Positions 35,450-48,553 of a DNA stretch of 64,000 nt are shown one piece after another. How positions within the stretch are numbered: the first letter of the stretch is position 1; each line of letters starts with the position of its first letter. The DNA is from Paraspadella gotoi (taxonomy: Eukaryota; Animalia; Chaetognatha), in the NCBI GenBank assembly GCA_051294375.1, contig CM119264.1, positions 30,073,693-30,137,692 on the forward strand. The letters are read 5' to 3'. A program made the position numbers and the translations under genes. The notes beneath the pieces are model-generated. The model was given only the letters and a program-made list of their open reading frames with translations, searched no databases and had not been told where the DNA came from.

Positions 35450-37520
35450 TTAACTAACCACCCGGGAAGAAGATGAAGAAGAGGAGCTTCGATCGAAAGC
35501 GGCCTCGGTGGGCGAGCGGCAGATCCGCTTGACGCCGGCGCGGAGCAGAAGCTGTCGGCAACCGAGGGTGAACGTTTGGAACTCGACGGAAGGGTGTTCC
35601 TCCATGAGAGCGTCGACGCAAGAGTCGCTGACGGCGTCGCATCGAATGAGGCCGAGTGTCCGCAGCGTCGGGCGACGGGAGACGAGATGACGGACGCCCT
35701 CGTCCGTCAAACGGGGACACCAACTCACGTCGAGTTTCTCAAGATGGCGACCGTGGACTGGGGGTGGGGAAGAAAGTGGGTAACCGTGTACGGTTTTTGA
35801 CGTAAAAATAAAAAAAATGATTTCATCCCTGGACTTACGACACTCTTGGCTTCAGGAGGCCTTAACCAAAAGGCTTGTCCAAATTCAGGGGCAAGATAGT
35901 ATAATGAATGGTTTATTGTTTATGACAAATTCCATTAACCAAAGGTGATAGAGTGAACCGAATCGAGAAGTAACGACTCATAAGGGGACGACCAATCGCA
36001 TCACCGCGTTGATGATATTAACTTACTCTTTGACCTACTCAACTCACCCGCGAGAGATTCGAGTGCTCGATCGGTGAGGTCGGTGGAGCTGACTAGAAAG
36101 AGTTGCTTGAGTCTCTTCGCTCGACGGACGAGGTTATCCACGAATGAATCGTCGACCGTCGAGAAGAGAGAAGCGTTGAGGTAGGAGAGACGAGGGTTGG
36201 CTTCCGCCACGGACAGCAACGCGCTCAACACGCTCGCCAATTGCGAGGCGTTGGATGGAGAGGCGACGCGGCCGGCTTGAACGCGGGCCACGTCCAGGCT
36301 GACGAGCGTTTCCAGGCTCGCCAGGGCCGAGAGACCCTTTGCCGAGAGTCCGTGGATCCCGGAGATGTTGAGATCTTCGAGACGTCGACATCCGGCGACC
36401 AGGCGGTGGAGGCCGGCGTCCGTGACCAGATCGACGGGACTGGGGGAAAAGAGTCGAAATCATTTCGTCTCTGACTGTATAATCGATTTAATTGGCCGAT
36501 GACTCATTGACTCACACTCTCGGGCGGCAGTGATCAATGCGGAGATATCGGAGATTGGGCAAGTGGCTGGCGATGTGCTGCAACGCTTCGTCGGTGATGG
36601 AGTTGTTGGCAAGACTCAGCTTGGTGATCTTGGGACAGTTGAAGGCGATGGCGAAGACGTCGACGTCCTCCACGACGCCGCAATTGTCGAGGACGACCTC
36701 TTCCAAGTGACGACAGTTGGTGACGATGGCGTCGAGCGTCGAGTGGCTCACGTTGAGACGCGTCAAGTTGAGACGACGAAGAGATCGACACCGCAAAGAC
36801 AGAGAGATCAAAGCCTCTGTTGAGGAAAAGAGGCGGTAATAATATCTCGTATCGAATTTAAAGATTATCGCGAGTTAATATTTATAAAATGTGCTTTTTG
36901 TCGCGACAATTTCGACGAAATCGTTTCTTTTGACCCCATGTCTCGCCCGCCTTTTGGTGATAAAATATTCGTCTAACGCATCTTTTTGTGATAAGTGATA
37001 ACACATTGGCTTTTGTGACTTCTTTATTGAGCTCACCTTGACTAAGTGCGTTGCAATCGGTCAAATCTACGGAAATGACTCCGTTGCTAAGCGACGTGAA
37101 CTTCTCCAGGATCCCGTCGTCAATGAGTCTGGGACGATAGTCCAACCCTTCCTTCAACTGCAACTTGTTCAGATCGAGGACGATGTGTCTCCAGAGTTCG
37201 GGAGCGCGGGACAACCTCGACCATTTCTTGCTGACTCTTGCGACGGATCGAATGAGGTCTTTGAGTCGAAGGAAACTAAATATCTTGATGATCAACTCGT
37301 CGCCTAATCTGTCTAAGCGAAGGAGAGAGGATTGGAAGGAAGTCTCTTCGATGGCTTCGTTGGAAGAGGTCGCCACGAGTTCCGGCAGAGTCTCCAGATC
37401 ATCATCATCCTCTGCCGCGAGGGAGACGGTCTTCCTCGTCGATCGCTTGGAAGGGTCGCCTTCGGAAGCGGAGACTTGGCCGTCCGCGTCTAAACGCCGA
37501 CGCTTCACCGATGACTCCAT
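35450..37520 (-). CDS. FBXL17: F-box/leucine-rich repeat protein, FBXL17-like (4 exons)
   Basis: F-box LGDELIIKIFSFL...VSKKW and cysteine-containing LRRs. The C-terminal LRTLGLIRCDAVSDSCVDALMEEHPSVEFQTF...CRQLLLRA resembles the FBXL17 C-terminus (LRYLGLMRCD.V....VEQLVQQYPHITFST). The F-box/LRR class is secure; the orthology is less so. Confidence 0.75.
35850..35905 (+). mobile_element. Dispersed repeat family copy C (truncated), in the FBXL17-like intron
   Basis: GGAGGCCTTAACCAAAAGGCTTGTCCAAATTCAGGGGCAAGATAG matches the 3' half of copies A, B and D. Confidence 0.55.
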
Positions 37521-38348
37521 CTCTATCTCTCTCTCGAACTCTTCCTTTTTATTTCGCTTCTTCGAGCGTCAATAATTCGATATCGAAGCCATACTGATAG
37601 TTTTAACATGGTGATAAAAAAGCACCCCAAAACAAATTCGTTAACAGGTGAAACAAAAAACGCACGTGTGTAGTAAATACGGTCAAACACGGAACGTTTT
37701 AAGAGATTATATATGTATTTAGTGTGGTACAGGGAAAAGTAAACGAAAAATAACAATTTATAGTACGTTGGAACGCGTTTTGGCAATATTGCACCCATTT
37801 AAGACAATCACGTCGGTTTATTACGTTATAAGCGACATCGCCATGCGTAATTAATAAAATTATATTATGAAGATGAAAACGGTTTCATGCAACAGAAAAA
37901 AAAATATTAATTTCTTTTTTATAATAATTAAAAGAAGCGCCCTAAAAAGGCGTTGGAAATTGGCACAAAATATCATTAGGAATCAACTATGAGTATCAAG
38001 TAGTACAAAAATATATATTTTCAGGATGTTTGTCTCCAAAAAGGAAAAACTACATAAAACTAGAAAGAAATCTGATCAGATCTGCTTTGTAAAAGCTTTT
38101 CTAATGCTAAGATTTAAAATAAAATATCGAAGGGATTTGAAAGCAAAAATATTTATAAATATAACTGGAACTTGGAATGACAAGTTGCTAGTACCTCTTT
38201 TGATCTCTTTGTCACAAATCGATCGATTAAGCGCTAAGCGCATCTTTACCGGATGACGTTTCTCTTTACTTGTTCATTAAGTTTAACATAGAAGACTCTT
38301 AGTGTGACGCTTCTTTTACTATTCTCTCTCCCTCATCCCCAAACAGAA

Positions 38349-40883
38349 TCATTCCGTGGAGAGCGCCCCGGCCCCGACGCCATAGCCGACGCCCTTTGGC
38401 CCGAAGCTGCGACCGTAGCAGGTTTTGCAGAAGACCTCGGCCTCGTGGTCGCAGTGGGCGCCGACCTCGAGCTTCTTGTGGCAAGCGGCGCAGTTGAAGC
38501 ACGACTTGTGGAAGATCTTGTCGCTCGCAGAACACTTCTCCGCCGCGTAGACCGTCTTGCCGCAACGAACGCACTTCTCTCCTCCGCCGAGGGCGAATGT
38601 TTTTCCTGAGGGGGGGACGAGATTAAAATGGCGGACATAATGAAATCAGAAAAGCGAAATGGAATCTAATTGTATCCAATCTGGCATTCCGTTGATTTTT
38701 TACTAGTTAAGGCTTAGGTACAGCTTAGGTATAGCTTAGGTCCTTTTTTAAACTTATTTTGGGATGTGGATCTTTTTGACCTTCCTTTTTAGAGGGAGAA
38801 AAACATTTAGAAAGGAAACCATGCAGAAAAAAATTCCAAGTAACTAATGAGCTAAAGTTTTGCGACGGGCGTTTGAACAGAGAGCATGCGAAAATTGGAA
38901 TTTCACACTTCGTAATACACAGAATCCTCATTACATTGGACGACAGTGGCAAAGAAACAGCTAATAAATATTTAATAATAAATATAATTCTAAGGAAACC
39001 CCCACCTATCGGTGCGCTTTTAGGTCCTGGAACGTAAGTTTTAAGGGCGTCGCCCGATTCGCCGGAATTTTCGGAAGAGAGGACTCCGGCTCCGACTCCG
39101 TAACCGTAACCGACCGGTCCGTACATCTTCGTATAGCAGGTTTTGCAGTAAGGCTTGTTCTAAAACATGTAATAAAACTGTTGCTTTACTGAATAGAGAG
39201 TAATTTTCTTTAAAAAAGAGTTGTAACCTCGTGTTCGGTGACGTTGGTCGAGTCCAACGTCTTCTTGCAGTTTGTGCACTTGAAGCAATATATGTGCCAT
39301 TTCTTATTGAGAGCGATCTTCTCTTCGGCAAAGAAGACGGGCTCGTTGCACGTCGGGCAACGCGGAGCTCCGCTGAAGTTGGTCGTCGGTTTCGGTCGAC
39401 CTAAGGATAGAACCGAATATGGTTTGCCCATTTAGCTGAACTGAAAAGATAATAGCTGAACTGAAAAGATAATAGCTGAACTGAAAAGATAATAGCTGAA
39501 CTGAAAAGATAATAAGAGTTTTAGTTAAGTTATTAAATAATCCAACCTCCCGCAACTGCGGAATGACGCCTTCCGTCGCCTCCTTCAGAATTCTCCTTTT
39601 CTTTTTCCGTGGAGAGGACGCCCGCTCCGACGCCGTAGCCGTAACCCGCCGGACCGAACTTGCGTCCGTAGCACGTCTTACAGAAGAGCTATGAATATAA
39701 TAATTTAAAAATTAGACAATTTAAACTTAAATTTAAATTTAAGAGAAATTAACAACAGACCTTCTGTTGAACTAAAGTATAACTAAGTTTCTAAAAAACT
39801 TTTTTCAAGAATTACGGACAAAATTACTAAATACCACTAATCATGAAAGCTCAAATTTCAAAAATGAAGTCGAATTATTATCATTATTATTATCATCTCA
39901 CTTCGCTGTCGTGTTCCGTGCAATTGGTCGAGTCCATCAGCCTATTGCAGCTAGAGCATTTGAAGCAGGTTTTGTGAAACTTCTTGCCCAGAGCGATCCG
40001 CTCCTCGGCAAAATAGACGGCCTTGCCGCAGCGTGGGCAAATTGGACTCCCGCCCACTGGTAAATTGTGGTAATCATTGGATAAATATTAAACTAGGAAT
40101 AAAATACGTAAATAACTAAAATAAGGTTTCATTCAATTATAATGATGAATTGATTATTATAACTAGACTTCTTAAACAATAGTTTTAAAATTTAGATAAC
40201 GAATTTTGTGTAGTGAAATTGACTGGAGACAGGGAGATAGAAAGATAGTTTCGAATCAATCATTTATTCTTTTCATTTTCGAACTATTAAGCGATTATTA
40301 TCTGGTCATGCGATTTCATTCTAGTCGCTTTCTATGGGTGTTAGAGTTACACTCCACAGAGTTATTGCATAACTTACTTGTATTATTTTCTTCAAAAACG
40401 TAAACGAAAATAAAATGGGTACGTTCAAAGTGAAGGGAAAATCCAAGGTTGTAAAATTATCGAAAAAAAGGATTTACCCAAATGACTCATATCGATTGAT
40501 CGGGAAGTTCTCTTCGCCGTGGGTTGAGACGCTTGACCTTGTCCACCCTCAGAATTCTTCTGTATGTTGAGCTTGTCCATGTCCGAAGACAAGCAGCCGG
40601 CCCCGACTCCGTAGCCGTAACCCGACGGGCCAAAGTTTTTGACGTAGCAGGTTTTACAGTAAAGTTCTGTTACGAAATTTATTTTTTTCAGGCAATAAAT
40701 TAATTAAAATTAAAAAAAAATATATAAATCTCTACCATTGTCGTGTTCGGCGACGTTTCCAGCCTGCAACAGCTTGTTGCATTGCGCGCATTTGAAGCAG
40801 AGCTTGTGCCAGGCCTTTCCCTGAGCGATAATTTCCTCGGCCATGTAGACCGACTTGGTGCATCGTGGACACACCCCCGGCAT
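38349..40883 (-). CDS. Cysteine- and glycine-rich / muscle LIM protein (CRP/MLP family) with four LIM+Gly modules (7 exons)
   Basis: Four C-x2-C...H-x2-CF-x-C-x2-C...EH/DH...(Y/F)CKTCY...(F/Y)GP-x-G(Y/V)GYGVGAG modules, starting [13 protein letters not shown] and ending GAGALSTE*. Exons join in phase. Confidence 0.93.
39433..39513. repeat. 20-bp tandem repeat x4, intronic
   Basis: (tagctgaactgaaaagataa)x4, perfect copies. Confidence 0.95.
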
Positions 40884-41080
40884 CGTCTTTAACGGCGGAC
40901 GAGAGACTTAAATCGGAATAAAGAAAAAAAGAATTGACAAGATTTAAGACTTTAAAAATTTGGGTGGTGGCTCCGCGTCTGAGCCTTCGAAACTTCGCCT
41001 TAGTTTCTCGGAAGTTGAAATGTTTCTTTTCTTCGTAACATTTCTTTTTTACGCGGGTCTGTCGACCCCCAGAGCAGGTT

Positions 41081-41129
<49 letters not shown>

Positions 41130-41567
41130 GGAAAACTTACACTTACAAATTGGCGGTAATAAAATAAACTTTAGAGAGACGTTTGCATGAATTTGATTGT
41201 TTTGCGAATCAGTTTTTTTGTTGTGTAATTTAAATAAATGTTTTTTTTTATTAAAATATTTAATATTATTTGTTTTCGTTTAACATACGAAAAACCGCGA
41301 TCGATGTTATTTCGAATCCAAGTTTTGAATTCTTAAGATTTTCAAACTATAAATTTTGTTTTTTCAAAACAAGGGGAGACACTCGGGAATTTGGATAACC
41401 CCAAAAAGTCGAGGAATTTTTCGTTATGCGAGTCAAGAAATAAATGCCCTTTTTACATGTTAACCGTGATTCACAGCTTTTAATCACTCGATTAGGGGAA
41501 AATTTTTAATTATTTTTGGCTGGTAATTATTTTTAAGGTTAAGCAATAAGCATTTAATTTGGAAGCG

Positions 41568-41695
41568 AGGAAGAAAAACAATTTTGATTTGTTTTTTTTA
41601 CAACGAATTATGTATTGACAGTTTAGCAGACACGTTTCGAGTCAGTCAATACATAATTCGTTGTAAAAAAACAAACCAAAATTGTTTTTCTTCCT
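41568..41695. repeat. Inverted repeat (~51-bp arms, ~25-bp spacer)
   Basis: aggaagaaaaacaattttgatttg...ttacaacgaattatgtattgac ... gtcaatacataattcgttgtaa...caaaccaaaattgtttttcttcct. Confidence 0.9.
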
Positions 41696-42188
41696 AATTC
41701 CCAAAAGCAACGAAATCGAAAGTACCCAATTTAGAAGCTGAAAAAAAAACCCATTTTTTTCTTTCCTTCATCCCGGAGTAAATCGAAGTTTTTCTTTAGA
41801 CTAAATTTACGAACCGGGAAATTACGAAATCATTATGACCCAATTAATTGACAATTACTGTGATTTAGTACTTACACCAAAATTAACTAAATCTCTCTTC
41901 TTCGTGTAGTATTTTTTGTTCAACCTCCATTCGCAATTATTTTTCCTCTAAAATTTTGGGTCACAAAGAGAAATAAAGCGCTTCGAAAAATGAGATGAGA
42001 GTGCTTAAAAATAAGGCACAATTTTTAAACAAAAAAAATATCATCATTAGGCAAAAGTGTGATTTAAAAAAAAAATAGACGTCTTGATTTCTTTGTATCA
42101 TTAGCGTAATGTATAATGGACGGAATAAATCTGGAAATATTTTTTGTACAAGATACGAATTGGACAAAACCACGACCAACTCTATCCG

Positions 42189-45100
42189 CTATTGAACTAA
42201 AATCTTTGCAGCCCCCGACGCCGCAGGATCTCGATCCGACGCGAGAGTGTCCCCATCGCGCAAAGAAGCTGCAGCATCCATCTCTTCTTTGACCTTGAGA
42301 AGAGTCGGGAGACACTCGACGGAGAGCTTGAGGTGACCGACGACGACTCGAGACTCTCTCGACTCGAAGACCGGAACATCTTCCTCCACGAAATCTTTTT
42401 TCTTCTTTAAAATCTCCTTGAGGTCTACGACGGCCACGCCCAAATCCTCGCACTCCCCCGCGGCGTCACCCGTCTCTTCTCCGTCGCTGTCATTGGGTTC
42501 GCTGACGATCGTGAAGGGAATCTCCGATAAAGACGACGCCGCCACGCCCCCAGTTTCGTCGATCATCGCCGCCAAGAGTTGGCGCCGTCTATAATTGGCG
42601 GCGGCGTCGACGGGAAAGGATTTTCGAAAGTTGAAGTTCATGGATCCGGTTTTGGTGGAGAGCGGGAGAGAGAAGGGGGTCTCGAGATCTTCGGGCGGAA
42701 AATCGAGAAATTTGTATTCGACGAAGACTCGTTTGACGCCGTCGCGACGCAGGACCGAGGAGGCGGGATCGAAGGAAAGGCTGGAGACGGTGACGCAGAC
42801 GTTGTTGCCCTCAGACGAAGATCGACGCATCGAGGATCGAAGCGTCGAGCGACTGACGACCACGCCGTCGCTGTCGCTATCTGCCGGAGTTGAAGGCTCC
42901 GGAGGGGCGTAGCTGACGGAAGGTTTAGCGCGAGCGGCGAGCGCCTCGTCCAAACTGTCTTCATCGTCGTCGTCGTCGCCGAGCGGCGGCTTTCTCGAGG
43001 CGTAAGTCGGTTCGATTGTCTCCGACTTCTCCTGTTTGTGTCCCGCGACGGCGGCCGGTGTAGTTTGTTTCAAGGAAGATCGAGACGCGGGCGTCGGTGG
43101 TTTCGTCGCCGCCGTCGGTTCCGGGATCTTAGATCCAGAAGTCTTTGCTTTCTTCCCTTCCTCGATGATCTTATTTTGCTCTAAATTCAAAACCTCCAAT
43201 CTTTTCCGATTTTCTCCCGATGATCCGCCGCCTTTGGAGATGATCGACAACATCTCCTCTTGAATCTCTTTCAGTCTCTGTTGATTCTGACGACTGAGAC
43301 GAACGGTTTGTTTACCCGACGGCGTGTCGGGCTTCGAAGGAGCCGGTGGCTGCGCTGCCGCCGCCGCCTCTGATGGACTCGAACCCGCAGATATAATCTG
43401 CTTCTGTTCTTCGTTGAGGGAAAGAAGTCTCGTCGTATCTTCGTTTGTCGCTGCTGGCCCCAAATCTTTAAGCCGAGTCATCTCCTCCTGCACCGCCTTC
43501 AACCGATTCAGTTTGTCGGATGCGAGACGAACCACGACTTTTTGTGGCGCTGGAGTTGCGGGTTGCGGCGCTGCAGCGTCGGGCGGCGGAGTGACAGCTT
43601 CAGGAGTAGATGCTTTCCTTATAGACGAATCTTCTTCCGCCCATCGCGTCGCCTCCTTTTTATCTCCATCAGATTCGCTCGATGTGACGTCTCGCTTTTC
43701 CGAACTGACGACAACGCTCGTCCGCGGCGGAGCAGGAGTCGAGGTGGTTCTCGCATCCTCGACAGTCTCGATCTCAGAGGGAACGCTTCGCGGAACGAGA
43801 GGCGGAGCTCGAGACTCTCCTCCAATGGCTCGTGGCTTCGGAATGGGCGTTTCTAACGGCGGATTCGGCGACGCCTCTTCGCCCGCTCTTTCGCCGGGCA
43901 AATAAACCGGTGTAGGGTTAAAAGTCACTTCGGCGCCGGTGGTGGACCTGTAGGGAAACTCGAAGGCCATTTCGACTCGAACGACGCCGCCGACGGTGAC
44001 GCCGTCGAGGAGGAACAATTCGAAGACTCCCTTGATCTCGTTGCCGTGAGCGAGAGGAAGGAGCGGGATTTGACACGCCCCCAGGAACGAGTCCAAATCC
44101 GATTCGGACGCGTCGTCGAAGAGTGAAATTTTGAGACCGTCTCTTTTCAGATATGCGTCCAAATCCGTGTCCATCTTGACAGCGTAATTCTGGACGTCGT
44201 CGAAGCGAACGTCACGGGTTCGTTCGTGGACGCGCGTGTCGTGATGAGGTCGATCGTGGAAACGATAGATGGCGTAGATTGAGGGAGGATCGTATCGAGA
44301 GACTCCGACGTCGGAAGCGGAGACGAGGCGGATGACGAGACGATTAACGTCGCGGACAGCGTCGCTCAAAGGATGCGACGAGGGAGACTGAAGGAAGTTC
44401 AAGGCTTTGGCTCGCTCGTTGTAGAGTCTCAACGCCTGCGGCATGGGAGTCGAGAGACGGACTGAGAATTCGAGGACGCCCATGTCGACGCCGGCGAAAT
44501 GGTCGACGCCGACGAGACGCGAGGCGGCGTGGAAGCGGCCGTCGCAGGCGAGGACGTCGGCGAAAGAGACCCGGGTGGCGGCGATCGTTCTGTAGTCGGC
44601 GCCGAAAGCCTGGAGCGTGGGAGGAGAGAGAGAGAGAGTGGAGGATAGACAGAAACTTTTTTCAACCATTTTTCCTCCTTAAAATATTAGGAACTTCGAA
44701 TTAGCAGCTGTCAAACTGAGCGCAAAAACTTACATTCAACATTAATTGTATTAATTACTCTTAGGTATAATTTTTGTCAATCATTAAAACGTTATGATTT
44801 CGTTTCTGAGCTCGAACTTTGAAACTTAAATTTATTTTTTTTAAATAATGGGAACAACAAAAAAAGGCTTTTTTAAAAATTCTACCCCGGGAAAATCCTT
44901 TGAATTGCCCACCTGGTGAATCTCAAAGAGAGTCGCTTCCCTCTGCAAAAAGTGAAGAAAGAAATCGTCGACGGTGACGACGTAACGCGAATGATAATCG
45001 AAGACAGACTCCGGTCCCGCCAAAACCCCCGTCGTCTGGATCGGGTGCTCGAAAAACTCCCAAGAGCAGAAGACGGCGGGGTTGGGTTCGGCCAAATGCT

Positions 45101-47324
45101 CCATCGCAGTTTGAGTCAACGTCGTCTTCAAGACGTGGATGACGAAGACGTTTTGTCCTCGAAGAAGATCCACGGCGAAATCGTCTTCCGCAGTTTCCGT
45201 CGTCGTCGTCGTCGGCAGAGGAATCGATCTCCTCTGCGTCCCGTAGGCGATGTCCTTCAGTTTCGCCTCGAGCTTTTCGATCCTGGCGGCGCGGACGTCG
45301 AGGAGTCGGGCGTATTCCGCCGCTCGAGCGTCGAAGTCGAGATTGGCCGAGTCGAGGCGTTTCTGACTCAATTCGAGTTCCTTTTGATAATCTTTATTGA
45401 TTTTGTGTTGAATGATGAGCAGATTTCTCGTTTTCTCCAACTCTTGAACAGACTCCACAAGTTGGATCTCAGTCTCCGCCAATTTCTTCTCCAACGAGTC
45501 CGTCTTTTCCTTTTCGATCTTTTTCAGAAACTCGAGTCCCTCGGGGACGGCGTCCGCGCCACGCTTCTCCGCCTTTCGGCGACGCAAGAGCTCCAACGCT
45601 TCGCCGATCTCCGTCAAGTCGAAAGACGGCGCCCTCTGCGTCAAAAACGCCACCTTTGACTGCATCTCCTCGAACTCGCCCTTCATCGCGTAGAAATTCT
45701 TCCGCAATTCCCGATTTTCTTTCTCCGCCGCTTCGACTTGATCCCGCTCGGCGTTGAGTCTGTCTAAGACGGAAGCCTTGTCGCTCAACTCCGCCTTCAG
45801 TGTAGCCTCCAGCTGAAGCACCTGCACCTTCAAGTCTTCCATCTGCTGACGATGCTTTCGGTCGTTTTCCAATTCGAAAGCGGAGGCGGTGATCTTCTGA
45901 TTGGCTTCCCTCAAAAGGCTGTTCTCTTGACTCAATCGACCAACTTGGAGGTTGAGATCCTCCACCGCGTTCTCTTCTCTCTTTTCCGCGCGAATCTGTT
46001 CGGAGAGGGCGAGGTTTTTCCCTCGTTCTTCCGCCAGTTGCGCGCCCAATTCTTCCATCTCGATCAGGAGATGCTCATGACTGGCCTTTTGTCGTTCGAC
46101 CAGCTCCTCAAGGGCGGAATATCTCGTCCGCGCCAGATTCAATTCCGCCGACTTTCCCTTGAGGTCTTTTTGAAGGCGGATCATCTCCACGTTTTCCTTG
46201 ACGGCGTCGCGTTGGGAGGAGATGGCCGTCGCGCGAAGTTTGGATATCTCAGCTTCTTTGTCAGCTTCCAGTTGGAGGAGTCGTTGTTCGAGGTTTTCCG
46301 CGCGATCCTAAGACGATATAATCATCTATTTTAGAATATATTTACCCGAAATATTTAACCAAAATACACTACATATTTTCAATACAAACTATTTACATTA
46401 TAAACTTAACAACCTGTTGCGCTTTGACGATCTCTTCAAGCTTCTTGTTCTCTTCGCGAGCATCGGCCAACTGCTTTGTCAACTCTGCAGCGGCGACGTT
46501 GGAAGCAGCGCTGGCTGATCGCGACACCGGCGAGGGCGAACCGGCCGCCCTCATCCCCGCCCGCAGATGAGGGGGAACATCTGAAGGAGGAATTAACCAA
46601 AATTCGTGGAGGTTTTGAGACTAAATAAATAAATCAATCAATCAAACGAGCCAACTCACTAGAAAGAGAAGATATGCTTTGTTTAGGCTGAACGCCCGTG
46701 TCGATTCTGGCGGAGACGGCGTCGTAGATTCCCGTCGACGATCCTCTCTTCGCCAGCACCGCCGCCTGCTGCTTCAAAATCGTGTTCTTCTCCTGCAGCT
46801 GCGTCACCTTTTAATATGAAGAAATTAAGTTAAAATTAAATGAATTGATTTACGAATTGAATTAAGGATAAAATGGAACTGAATGAATTGAATTACGAAT
46901 TGAATTGAAAAAAAAACAATTCAGCGAGTCTCTCTCCACTTTCGCTGCAGCCGATCACCTGCTTCCTCAACTCCCGGACTTCCTCTTCCAGTTCGGCGAT
47001 TCTCTCTTCGCTCTCCGGATCCCGCGCCGGCGCAGGTCCCGTCAACGAGACGTCGCCCTGGACGCCCTTCTTTTTGTCGTTGACGATTCTCGTCAACTTT
47101 GTGGCCATCCTCTTCATTCGGTCCTCTTGTTTGTGGGCGTGGCGCTTGAGAACGAGATGATCCTCGTAGATGCGGAGATATCGATCTTCGAGGTCTTCCC
47201 GACTTAATCGGGAGATAGTGGCGCCCTCCTGCGCCGCCGTCCGTTTGAGAAACGTGGACACGTCCTTCGGACCGGCCCTGGACGGTGTCTCACGGACCGG
47301 GACTTTGTCCGGACTAGGATCCAT
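42189..47324 (-). CDS. RPGRIP1L: Ciliary transition-zone protein RPGRIP1L/fantom (MKS5/NPHP8), 5 exons
   Basis: N-terminal SRLSREDLEDRYLR...KQEDRMKRMATKL, coiled coils, and LLDVRAARIEKLEAKLKDIAYGT. Two C2 domains (FCSWEFFEH...; YAIYRFHD..HHDT) and a C-terminal RID C2 domain (VFVEYKFL...ETPFSLP...ECEDLG). Exons are ~47324-46958, 46807-46661, 46580-46413, 46307-44913 and 44609-42189. Confidence 0.93.
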
Positions 47325-47569
47325 GCTTTTTGAATTTAATTAAATAGTATTTATGTTTTTAGTTCATTCTTTGTATGCTTTAACGATGTTTATTATGGAC
47401 ACGGTGCATGTTTCCTGCAAAGGTAGATTTAGATTGAAAATTTAAAAAAATCATTTCAAATTATCCAATAATCATAATCAACAAGAGAAAATAAATTAGC
47501 ACCATGATCATGTATTTACCAAAATTAAAACGTAATGGAATTCAATTAATTAATGAATTATTTTATGAA

Positions 47570-48553
47570 TTAATGATCGCCTCGAGCTTTTAACATCGCT
47601 TTGGTCACAGCATTCATGACAGCTTCCGGAAATCCGGGATCTTTGGAGATGCCGATGTGGGCGAGACCCTCGGCTTCGAAACGAATCAGTTCGATGTCGA
47701 CTCTAGCGGCTTTAGCTTCGTTGACGAGCCTCTCCGCGGCCGCGAGAGGGATGACCGGATCGACCCGCGCGTGGAACACCGTCACGGGACACTTCACGTG
47801 ACGGGTTAACCACGAGACGGAGTCGAAATGAGCGTCGAGGGCGTTCATCAAAGATATGGGATTTAAAATCAAGTTGAAGATCTTCATTGACTTCCCCGAT
47901 CTCTCTAGCGTGTCGCGGATGCTGTGGAACGGCGAATCTAAAATGATCCCGTCGATACGAGCGAGTCCGTCACGCGCGCAAATTGCCGCCGCCCTTGACG
48001 CTATCCCCGTGCCCATGGAATGACCGTAAAGGACCAAAGTGGGAGCCTCGCCCACTTGCTCGCGCAGGAATCGAATGGCGCGAATGGCGTCTTCAACGAC
48101 GCTCGTTTCGCCGATGACGCCGTCGTAAGTGGAGTCCCCGTAACCTCGGTAGTCAAGGGTCAACGTGTAATAACCGTGTTGCTGAAAGAGACGATACGCG
48201 GCCAACCGGTGAGACGCTCCGCGGTTTTTGGCGTTGCCGTGGAGCAATATGAGAATGGTGTCGTCCGCGGTGAGCTTAGGGACGCCGACCAAGACGTCGT
48301 CTGGACATTTCTCTTTCGTGCAACGCCCATCGTCACCCAGAGACGCGTCGGTGGCGGCGCGGATGAACCACGCCCCAATTCGATCCTTTCCTTTCGTTCC
48401 GTCTGCTCGCGGGAAGGAGAGATAGAGATTTTGCGTCTGAGTCAGTTGGTAATTCGTGGGGTCAACGAGTTGACGCCAATCGTCATTTCCGTCGCCGGAA
48501 TCAAAAATTCGCGGCTGAAGCAACGACGCCAGCCAAATGTAAATCCACAGCAT
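47570..48553 (-). CDS. ABHD12: Alpha/beta hydrolase ABHD12-like lipase (single coding exon as read)
   Basis: IGAWF, ILLHGNAKNRGASHR, DYRGYGDS, nucleophile GHSMGTG, LDSPF, acid FHARVDPVIP and His in GLAHIGI give an intact Ser-Asp-His triad. The true start could lie in an upstream exon. Confidence 0.82.
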   Translation of the reverse strand: MLWIYIWLASLLQPRIFDSGDGNDDWRQLVDPTNYQLTQTQNLYLSFPRADGTKGKDRIGAWFIRAATDASLGDDGRCTKEKCPDDVLVGVPKLTADDTILILLHGNAKNRGASHRLAAYRLFQQHGYYTLTLDYRGYGDSTYDGVIGETSVVEDAIRAIRFLREQVGEAPTLVLYGHSMGTGIASRAAAICARDGLARIDGIILDSPFHSIRDTLERSGKSMKIFNLILNPISLMNALDAHFDSVSWLTRHVKCPVTVFHARVDPVIPLAAAERLVNEAKAARVDIELIRFEAEGLAHIGISKDPGFPEAVMNAVTKAMLKARGDH

